Shown here: positions 12,401 through 24,400 of the stretch, piece by piece
Layout of the letters: every line of letters starts with the position of its first letter
Numbering within the stretch: position 1 is the first letter of the stretch
Source: Epiperipatus broadwayi
Lineage: Eukaryota; Animalia; Onychophora
Assembly (NCBI GenBank): GCA_028023455.1
Contig: JAQFVV010000009.1
Location: 2,108,001-2,172,000 of the forward strand
Direction of reading: 5' to 3'
Length of the DNA: 64,000 nucleotides
The notes under the pieces: model-generated
Seen by the model: only the letters and a program-made list of their open reading frames with translations
Database searches by the model: none
Told to the model about the DNA's origin: nothing
Made by a program: the position numbers and the translations under genes

Positions 12401-15400
12401 TTTTGTCCTTTTCACTACCCGCTCTTAATGCTTTAACTCCACCCATAACACCCAATTGACTCTGATTTGATAGCATAAATGTCAAAATCTCTTTTCATTT
12501 CAAAAGAAAAAAAAATTTTCGGTCAATTCTTTTTTTAAAAAAAATTAAAGCACTTTTACATACGTAATTTAACTTTTGTATAAAACAAAATTTTCAAACA
12601 AGAAACAAAGTATTTCTTTACTATTGTTTCTTAGGTTCAGCCCCAAGTTGGGTCTAGCCATTTGAACCGAATTCGAATATGAGTATTCGAAACACCGGCC
12701 TCTTAGGCAGAGAAGAACATACTCGGAGAGTATGTATGCCCAAACGATAGCTATAAAGTATATAACTAACATTACATTTCCAGGACATAACTTCTTCTCG
12801 ACTGTTGAGTTCAACACCAAGTTCAAAGCACTTTTTTTTTGTTTGTGTATAAACACGGGCGCCAGCTATCTATTCAAGGATGAATAAATAATGCACTTTA
12901 AGCAATGGCCACTAACTCAACGCCTAAATCCACGACTAGCTCAGCTGTTTGTAATCACTAATAGATTATACTTAATTAGTGATTAAAAGAATTAATAAAA
13001 GAATTTGTTAAAAAGAATTGATAAAAAGAATTGACCGACAAATAAAGTTTAATTTTAAAGATAATTTATTAACTGACATTTATTTACTAAATTTAAACAT
13101 TTTCTAATTCTAATAAAACACACGCATATTTTAAATTAACATTTCTAAATAGTTTAAATATTCCTATAGATTTAATAACAGAACACTCTAATTTAACTAA
13201 TAAATATTGATATAATGATCACGCACATATTAACTCATGCACACACATAATAATGATAATAAAGGACTACATAGCATTTGAAATTTAATCACACACATAT
13301 CAATAGTTCATTTATGTATGATATCGAGTTCATATAATTAGACTCTTGGAGGATTCGCACGAATTAATGAAATGCAATGGCTATTACAGTATAGAATGAA
13401 ATAAGCAAATGTTTTTACCTAGGATTTTGAACGTAGATTTAACACTTTGTTTTCTTCTTGTTTGTTGTTTCTTCCAGTATGAATGCTTCCAGCCGGCTGG
13501 GACGTTTCCTTGCTGAGTTTCCTGATTTTCACGATTATTACTATCGGAGACAATTAGATACTGACGGAGATTTTCTAAGATGTTAAGCTGACATTATTTC
13601 ACGGGCAGATCTGCTGTTTTCTCGGACATCTGGGCTGGAGATAAACGTGCGTTCCAAAATATTCTCAGCACTGCATTTTGTTTCTTAACTGACTCAATTA
13701 ATTTCCGAACTGCACTCTCTCAATAACTTTGTGAACTGATTGTCTCAACTCAATTAATTTGTGGAAAGAAATACTGTCCGATAAAAAAAAGGTCTATTTA
13801 TACCTGCGCCTTGTTGTCTTTCTGATATCTCCGGCAAAGATCTGTTGTCAAATTCCTTATCAATTAATCCTTTGATAAACGTGTTTTGGAAGATTGCTTA
13901 ATTAGTAATAGCCATGCAGAGATGTTGTTTTATATTTTAATTAATAACCATTGCCGTGTTTTTTAATAATAATCTTCTTTAACTTTATAATAACATTTAT
14001 TCTATTGTTGACAATCGCACATATATACGGTCATATATTAGTTTTAACATTATTTTTTCTTTAATTAAACTTGAATGAAAAGAGATTTGTGTGTTTTAAC
14101 CTTTTAAATTATATTTTTACGAATACTAAAAAAAACTATTTAATTCTTATCTTTTTCGAAAACAAACTGAATAAACTCTTCAACATTTAATTTTATGTTT
14201 TCCTTAATGAAAGATTGTTTTAATAACAATTTTAGATAAAATTATATGTGCCTATATCAATATAGGTACAATATATATGAGACAAAATCAAAAAATAATT
14301 ATAATTTATTTTTTATTTGCTATATTGAGAAGAATCTTATATAATTTTAACAATTTTTAATATTGTCTCACTTTTTGTATTTGTTAACAAGCTTCTTCAT
14401 TTCTTCTGAGAGAGGAATGTCTGATTATTCTGGGTGCCACATATGTATTGCTTTTAGTTTCTTTTCATTATTACTAAATCTCTGACTATTTATTGCTTTG
14501 GTAGGTGAACTAAATTGTGAAGAGGTGGAGTTCAATAGTTGTGCAAAGAAATCTGATTAGAGAGAGGACTTTCATGATTTGGTTTCATGGTTTGACTGCC
14601 CTAATATTTTTCACATTCAAATTTGTCTCACTTTTGTTGCAATGTGGTATCAATAATTGTAACTATAGTTTAATTGTTGTTCCATATTTTTAATGAATTA
14701 TCTTTACTGTTTAATTTTACCTCTTATATCTGCATTATTCATTTATTTTATGACCATATACATATACAGATTTTATTCATATATGTATTGTTTATTTATA
14801 TCTGACTGTCTTTGAGAGAATTTTGTCAACTTAGTTAAAAATGCACTAGGCAAAAATTGCAAACTTTATTCAGATTTTAAACATATATCGTATACATTTT
14901 TGCACATAGTTTATTTTCCACATTATATTTCCTTGAGATATTGCATACCAAAATTTTCAATGTTAAATTCTAGTATGTTTTTGTGTTTATGGGTATTTCT
15001 ATCCAAGGACCAAAATATTGCAGTATCATCTATTGCCACAATTTCCAATGTTATTAGAACTTTATTATTGGATATAATAAATACATATCTAATTATTTTT
15101 TATTATTTTTAGAATTTTTCTATAATAAACCATTTTATTTTTATAAATGGTCTGAGTAATTTGGTGTAATGGTAGAGTGACAAGTTCTGGAACTCAAGGT
15201 CATAGATCCTGACCCAATTCTATTCATTTTGGTGTTCAAATTTCTTATGAATTTCCAATCAATAAATCATTCTTTTTTTTTTTCTTGGTTAAGTTTACAT
15301 AATTTAATCACAATAATAATTTTGGAAGTCTTTTTTTTTTTATTAAGCAAAATATCCTGATAATGAATACTTTAATATCTACATTTTTTTAAATTCTATT

Positions 15401-18400
15401 TAATAATATATTTTTCATCAATGTATATATATATTTAATGAAAATCTTGATGAATTTTTTTATATATGGATTATTGAATTTTACAATATCCAATTATCTG
15501 AAAATCTAAAACATAATTTAATTAATAAAATGTTAGTTTGATGAGTATTTACAATTGCTATTGGAGAGACTTGTAAGATAATTAGTACCTCTTAAATGTC
15601 TTTAAAAATTCAGGATATTAATTTAATTATAAGAGTTCAGTACTTTTTTTTGAATGATAAGGAATCATATGTTATTCAACTTCCCTGATACTTGTGTGTA
15701 TGTTTTAAATATATGGCATCATGGAATTTTTATATTATTGATTTTCTCAGGCTATTAATTATTGTTAAACTTTAATATTATTTATTTTAGAGTCTGAATC
15801 AGTATCATTTTTTGTTCTTATGCCATTTTGTATTCCATCTTAAACCATACACAAGTATATGATACTGTATATTCAATAACAGTTCTAATCCAAGCTCTCA
15901 CATAGAGTCAGAATCCAAGGTTATGACTGTAGAAAGTAAGGGATTATAAAGTGAAAGTAAAATGACTGCTTCTTTTAGATACTAAAAGATGGCAACTCTA
16001 AAAACTTTCATATTATCTGGAAAACAAATAAGTCAAGGGCATTAAATATCTTTTTCTCAGGAGCTGAATCAGAAAGTGGCCATTATTTCAATGATGATCA
16101 ATGTCTTTAATAGTTCAGTGTAGAATGATTATCATCAATTAATCAATTTATTTTGTACATCAGTGGAAGCAAGGATACTCTACTATATGCAATTTTTTTG
16201 ACTGTGACATTTTGTTAACACTAACCTTTACCTGTTAAATATTTTGAAAAATTTTTGTGATATAGCATAACAACGCAAGTTTTAATATTATCTCTTAAAT
16301 GTGATTATAGTTTATTGTTTAAGAAATGTGTGCTATATAAAATGTCAATAATTTTATAATTTAAATGTCCCAAAACTTTTCTAATTTTTTTTTCTAAAGA
16401 AGAAATATATTGTTCTTATATGGGTCAATTTTTTTTTTTTCAAAGAACTTATCCAGAAATAGATATCGAGAGGGGGAGAGACAATATATATATATATTTA
16501 CAACTAAAATGGTTAAAATTAATGTTGATGGAGTGTTAAATTTTCTGTGAAGGTTTTATTTATTTAAAAATATATACTCCTTTGTTTTTCATTATGCTAC
16601 TCCATTGCATATTTGGATCAAAATATAATTATTGGCTCTCAGAAATAATTGCAAATAGAAGTAGTTCTTCTAGCATACATTCATGAACCATTTTTCATAT
16701 AGACCTAGAACCATTGATATCTTTCTTTTGCATGATCATCAAGTTTTGATTTCATGTTTTTTTTTTTACCAAGTGTGATAGAAAATAATATTTCTTGAAG
16801 AAGTGTTATATTAAAAAAAAAATCAAGTATAATAATTTTTGATTTACATATGTCTAACGTACATTAGTAATATATGCAGGAAAAACCAGATAAGTGGCTG
16901 CTGGATAATTTTAATTGTTAATTAAAAGAAACGTCAACAAAGTTTAATAAGAAATTTAGAGTTTATTTTATTCAGAATAATGATAATACTGTTAGTAAAA
17001 GATTAGTAATTCAACTTGCTGTTTGCTAGTGAAGAACAGGTTCTCTTAGATCACTTAACAGTTCATATCTTTGTAGAGATTTAATATATATAAATGTATC
17101 TTTGGCTCTGCAATTTTATAATTACATTATTTGCTCACACACATTATTCTGAGATAGTCAAAATAGACTCTTAACTAGAGCTCTTCTTTACTAATTTTCA
17201 GAACATCAGAACTGACCAGAGAACACAAATTAAAACTCAGTACTCAATACACCATTTTGCACTGATCATTTTTTCCCTTTCTTTTCTTTTCTGCAGACTT
17301 TTATATCAGCTTTGTTAATTTGTTTATAAACTAAGACTTATTAATACACAACTTTGCCTGCGGCTTCTTGCAGTTAGAGATTTCTTTTTTCCTGCATATC
17401 AATTATTTATTTTATTTCTTCTGGAATATTTTAAAAATATCAATTTTTTAAGTTTATATACATTTATTTATTTTTTAATAAAATATATGTACAGATACAG
17501 CAATTAGGTTATCGAATGCAGTAATTACAAAACAAATTATATGCAGTGTGGTATAGTCAAAACAAAGCAATTATGCTGACAATGTAATAACTATACAATA
17601 TTTATCTAGCATATAATTTTGCACTTTATAGTACATTGCATTATAGTTATAATAAAAGTTTATTATACTTGTATTTTATGAATATGTATTTATTATTGTT
17701 TGTAGTTTATTTTTAATATTTTGGCTGATAGAATATCATATGAAATGAAAAAATATTGCAGAGCAAAAAGGTCATATTTTGATTAATGAGAAAAATTGAA
17801 ATAAACAAAAATGTCATAAGTGAGGACAACCTTGATATTAATTTTAACGATTTTGATAAAATATTTGAAATAGATATTTCAAAATCATTATCACATAAAT
17901 GGAAAACTAAGTTGAAGCAAGTATTTGATCTTATTTAGTACCAGTTTTCATTTCAATTACTTCAGTTTTCCATTAACAGCAATAATACTTTCTCTTATAT
18001 CATTATGTAAAAGCTGTTCAATGAATAACATTTTAGTGCACCAATAACTCATTTGCCATAAATCTTTTCAATTAATTGATTCAGATATCTTGACCAAATT
18101 AAGAAAAGCAATACATAAATTTCACTTGTGCTCCAGACATCTTTTTTTTCTATTTACCTGTCAACTGCTTCTTAATTCTTTAAAAGTACATTGGGTTTCT
18201 GGTGTCCATTAATTTGTGATTAGAAGAAATCCCAGTCATCAAAATTTATCTTGTATAGTAATGGATTTTCTTTTATTCTTCTTATGTGTATTCCCAAAAA
18301 AATTTCAATAGTTTTAAAGTTAAAATAAAATTTTTCCAGATATCAGGATCTGTAGCGATTCTACTTTTAGGATTAGTAGAAGCTATTTTATCTTTATAAA

Positions 18401-21400
18401 GTTGGATATTTTTGTCCAAATCGAAATAAATAGATAGAATGAATATATCACTAATAGCTACTATCTCAATTATTATGTAATTATTGAAACAGGGACCAAA
18501 ATGTTGATACCACCTGTTTGAAATATTATCATAATCATATGAAAGAATGCCATTTATGGATTAAATAGAATTAAAATATTGTTTTTCAGACTCATGTATT
18601 ATTTTAAGTGCATTAAAGAAAGATCTGGAATGATCACTGTTTAATTTGCCCATTGTTGGATTTCTGTTTTAAATTTTTACATTGCATATGAACCACCACT
18701 TTCAGTTTTTTATTGTATCAAGTGAAGAATGGTGACATGTAATAAAATCATTGTCAGAAAACAATAATTCTTTATTTTAGTAATTATAAGAATAGATTTA
18801 TTTATATCTAGAAACTTTTAAAAGAATTTCATGTTGTGGTAATATGGTAAATTTGAAAATTCAAATTAGTAATTTTAATGTTTAATACCTGTTGAAATTT
18901 GCAAGTGTAGTAATTGCTTTTAAGGAAAGAAAATCAATATATGGAATAGATCTATTTTTTTAATTCATCTATTATTTAATTTGCGAACATATTGGTCTAT
19001 GATCAGTCCAACAATTCCTCTGTGATTATATATTAACTTTTTTTATATTAGCATATTCCACAAATTGCTATTATTTTAAGCATGGATGCTTCCAATATAT
19101 ATATATATATTTAATATTTTTTTTATTCAAACAAATTGGAGGTAGTCAATCCATGTGTTCACAGAATAAATGCCATTATTTATTGTAATTTTAAATCAAT
19201 GTATTGTTCTTAGAATTAAGTATGTTAAAGTTTTCAAGAAAAAAATAATAACAGTATTCAACTAGTAATAAAAACTTTCTATGAATTTAAAAAGTCTAAT
19301 GTTGGAGTTTATCTGTGCTGTGGGCAACATAATATTGTGCAAAATAATTATTAGGTTTTCATTAATATAACTACAAATTTCAAGAATGGAGTTACCAAAA
19401 TATATTATTAGATTTTCAGTGAATCATTTTCTGTTAACTGTGCAAAATATTTCAATTAAAACTGTTAGTTTGGATTTTTAAGAATGTTCTGTTACAAAAT
19501 TTTGAAATTCTTTTAAGAAGGATTTTATGAATACAAGTAAATCTGTTATTGTTGATTTTTCCAAAAAAAAAAAAAAAAAAAACCATGAAGAAAAAGTGAT
19601 ATTTTTTATTTAGAAAATTGATAAAATGTCCATGAAGCTTTTTAAGCAAAATCAATGGCTAACAAGATAATTTAAAAATGGCTGAAGGATTAAAAATGTA
19701 ATGGAATTGCAAGCACTTACTGATCATTATCATTTTAGATTTTTTTGTGTGGATATATTGAAAGTAACATATAGATTTGAGAAACAATATTTTAATTCTA
19801 ATAAGACAGTGATTGACGTTCTTATATGATCTTGATAATATTTTGTTATCATTTGAATAAAGGTGTAAGAATCCAGAGACAGCTTTAAAGATATATTTAT
19901 TTAACTATCTTATTTAGATTTGGACAGAGATATCCAACTTTATGAACTTAAACTTTAATATTAAAAATGTTAAGGTTGTAAATCCTGATGTGATTTGTAA
20001 AGAAGTTTTAAGATATGATGGTGAATGTTGTATTAATTTCAAAACTGAATTATTTTTTTTGTAATATATGAACCCATGAGTTCTTTCATGAAGTTCTTTC
20101 ACTTAATCTTAGAGATGATTATTCAAATTATAAAATCAAAGGAAATATCAAAAATTGCAGTAATTATGAAATATTATTTTCCATGAGAGTAAAAATATTA
20201 GTAGGGATTTTTTTGGAAGATTGCTTCTAATCATAGATGAATGTTTACCAAAGACTCACTGTAATTTTAAAGAATTTAGAATTGTTATAGACAAGATTTT
20301 TGTTGCCAATCAAATGCAAATAAAGTGTTAAAAGGAAAAAAATAAACATAATATATATAATGACATTAACTATTTATACCTCTTCTATAAACAATCTAAT
20401 AAATGTGATAAGTGTGCTTATACACAACTGTAAAGAAGCTTGTTATTTCTATAAATTTAATACAGCCTAGTGCCTTCAAGAACTTATTGAGTTCTCATAT
20501 TCATAACGATGAAATAGAATATATAAACATTGTTTTTTATTAAGTTGATCAAAATTAAAAAGATTTGCAGTTGTTGACTGAAGTTCTTTTCAGATTATGT
20601 ATTTTCTGTGTAATACTATAAGACACATTTTAGTAATAATGCTGAAAAATCTGGGCATTTTTATTTTATACATTTTAGAAATAATTTATAGTTGATTTCT
20701 TGAAGCAGGTATGAAAATTCAATATAAGTTTAATGATGGAGCTTTTAATTTGAATTGATTAAAAGCAAAAGCAAGAACTTTACCAGCTTGGTTTCTAGAT
20801 TGACTGCATGTTTATGATTGGGCTCATCTTGCCAATTGAAAAAAATATTTACAAAATGTTCTTATTTTTTTAATGAAGACTTTAATTTAGTAATTAATGT
20901 TCAAAAAACTCAATTATTTTTTATAAGGCACTAGTAAAAAAAAAAAATCTTCAGCAACCGTAAATTCAGATGATTATGAGCTTGAAAATGTGAATCAATT
21001 TATATGTCTTTGTAACTTTCAGACAAAAAAAAATGGGACTTGGATATTGAACTGCAGCATAGAGTGTAGGATATTGTTATTCTATTTAACAAGTTAAAAG
21101 GTAGATTATTTCATCACAGTAATTGTCTTATAATAGAAAGATATTGGAAAAATTTTATTTAAGTTTTGTTCCAAAAATATAATGGCAACATTGAAAGACA
21201 AGACAGTATGTCCTTCAACTTATTAAATGTAATGAGAGTTAATTTACTATTGCAAGAATTAATTGGGAATATAAAGTAGATATCATATAAATATGGTTAA
21301 TAAATAGTAACAGATTTTTAAAAAAAAAAAATTATGTGGGGAATTTGAGCATGATTTTCAAGGGAGAGTCAGATCCTATTTATAATATAAATATTATTCC

Positions 21401-24400
21401 ATAAGACATTGTAAAGAAATACCATACTGATTGTGTTCACTGGAAGAAGAATATGGCTGAGAATAAAATACACTGAAGAATTGCAATCAGACAAGATATT
21501 GAAGTTTTTTTAGAAATAAATATTTACTGCAGAAATTAAAAGATAGCACTATAGTATATCAAAAAAGTTAGGAACCAGCATAATCATAGCAAAACTGATA
21601 AATTTTTTTGTCATTTTTTTTGTCATTCCCCCTTTTTTTTTGTAGTCAGAATAATCATACTCATTTACTAACAGTCACTAATGATGATGACATGTGTCTT
21701 TATATATGATTTATAAATTTACATGAACACATAAATATATGGCTATTATTATCTTACTAAAATATAAATCAATATGAATTTCAAAGATCATATTAAGACT
21801 TCATTTTTAAAACCATAATGCTAATTTGTAATTTGTTCTTCAAAAATAATTATTATTGTGATAATTTTTTAAGCTACTTGAATTATTCCATCTTATATAG
21901 TTATTTGTGAATAATATATACATATATATGATTAAGTATAAGATTATAAATCATTTTTTAAAATATATTCTCCAATTTTATTGTTTAAGGATTTATCATT
22001 CAATCTCGTGGGGTATTCCTTTTATTATCTCATTTTTGCCTTTTGCGGGTAATCATTATGGACCTGCGGGTGCTTGGTGGTAAGTACAATTTATGTTTGT
22101 TGAATTTACACGTAGAAAATCATCTGTAATATATTGTATATTTTATGTTTTATAATACACAAGCCATATGTTTTGTATATATTTTCTCAAATTAATGATT
22201 GCATATTTTAAAACAAATTAAATAAAAAGTAATTAAAATCATACAACATCATGATTCCAGTGTACACGGTGCTTTTCAGGGGCAAACTCTATCTATTCTT
22301 CTTCACTACTGCATCTGCTGTAAACTTGAATGTAATATTTTCAAACTAGTTTCTGTCTTATAGCTCTACCAAAAACGAAATTGGACCTGGATTTAGTGCA
22401 CCTGGATTTTTTGGACTTATTGCATTTTTCATTCAATAGTCACTCTTTTATTTTTCTTTACTTATCAAACTACTAGATTGAAATTAATAAGGAGTAATAT
22501 TTAGTATCTATTGATAACTTGGGCATTAAATATATTGCAGCACTGGAGTAAAATAGTGAGTTTTCTTGTCAAAAGGACTATGCAATCCTGGGTCATGTAA
22601 CAATTTTTCAGTTTTACATCAATCTTAGTCAAAAAATAGAATGAATGCATTCTTGAAATTAAAAAAATGAGGACATCAAAATATATAATTATGTATTAGT
22701 ACTATCTAACTATTCAAGCAAATAAGTTTGGATTCAACACATTAATTTATGAAATTTTAAGCTGGTTGCTTATTAGAAGAAAAAAAGTATAAAAACTGGC
22801 AACTGCATGAAAGATGTATTAAATCCAAAAGATTTAGGTGCGTTAGGTCCAAGCTTATTATTGACAAAGGCAATAAATCCAAAATTAGTCTAATGATATG
22901 GATAGGATAGCACAGGATATGGATTTAATTAGAACTTCCTCTAGTATGTATTAATTATTCAAGATTGCAATAGATGGCAGCATTGAAGTACAATAGACAT
23001 AGTTTGCAATTGATAAAAGGAAATGAATAGTGAAAGGGTAAAAAAGCATTTCATCTCAGATATACTATGATATTTAAAAGAATGAAAATTTCTGAATGAA
23101 ACTGCTGGGCATTCTGACGTATATGCATACCAGCCGGATCACAGTTAAATAAAACAACACAAATAAAATGAATGTGTTTATTTTATTCATGATAAATATA
23201 CATAAACGAAATAATTATTAATCTTTAATTGAAACAGTCTCTAACATAAATATCTTTTGTAGAATATATATATATTACTTCTGTATACACATTACTTGAT
23301 AATAAGAAAATCTTCATCTGATTTTCCTAGTTTTTCCACATAAGCTCCATCTGCTGCTGCTTTTTAGTGTGTGAATTCTATATTGCATAGTTAATTTGCA
23401 TAAATAATTTTAGTCCATGCTAATTTTTTGTAAATTTTGCTAAAGTGAATAATAGAATAATTATGTAAGGGTTGTGTGGTAATTATTTTCCGTAATAAAA
23501 CTTTATTTACATTAACAATATCATATATAGCATATACATCTGCACACTTGTTATTTATAACACTGTACATATTTGAATTCTTCCACTCACTTTGGAAATT
23601 TAACTTTTATTTCATCAAAAATAATCTTGCAATCTTTTAGGTTTTTTGCATTTTCGAACAGGTCTAAACAGAGTAATTTATTCCACTCCACCTGCTTGGT
23701 AACTTTCTCTTTTTCCTATGAAGACTGTGTTGAAAATGACAAATTTACTTTTGGTAAAGTCTCCATTTAATGAATCATTTTTTTTAAATAAATGCTTTTC
23801 ATTATTTAAACTGAAGTCCAGTAGCTCTTGTGCTGTATCAGTACTTTCTTCTTTTAGCAAGGTAGTATCATTTACTATTGAATTTGCACCAATCATTTAT
23901 TATTGAATTCACACTAACATTTGGTTCTTCTATTGATTCCAGATAGACATCTCTCAAATGATTTCTATCTTTTCTCACCCTTCTACCAGTTGAAGTTTGC
24001 ACTTCTCTTAATTGTCTTGAAACAATACTAATTATTACTCCCTGAAACCATTTTTTCTTTAACATGTTGTATATCCAAATGGCATCACCTACTTTATAGC
24101 TTTTTTCGAGTCAATTTGCCTCAGTGCACTATTATTCAGCATTAGTATTAGACAAATAGATTCAGCATTTGGACATAATAACATCTCGGAGGTGTCCTTT
24201 TCGTTAATGTACATGGAATGAAATATTGATGGAACATAATGTTGGTTAAAGCTTCATTAATATATCATTATATGAAGTTTTCTTTAGCATCTGTTTTAAA
24301 TGCTGTACTGCTTTCTCTGCCAAGCCATTAGACTCTGGGTGATACAACAGTATTAATACATGGTGAATTCATCTAGTTGTTAAAAGTTTTTAAACAAATC

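Larger units (their letters stand above)
8651..14270 (-). mobile_element. Non-autonomous LTR retroelement (Gypsy-like ends, no gag-pol), 5620 bp
   Basis: Near-identical LTRs 8651-10284 and 12663-14270 with TG...CA ends; ATAT TSD at 8647-8650 and 14271-14274; PBS at 12634-12660 and PPT at 10290-10303, both in minus orientation; 2378-bp internal region. Confidence 0.95.

Noticed and set aside
15150-15240. tRNA gene candidates here and at 28405, 33351 and 53780
   Set aside because: Only degenerate A/B boxes, with no complete cloverleaf or anticodon arm; treated as SINE heads.
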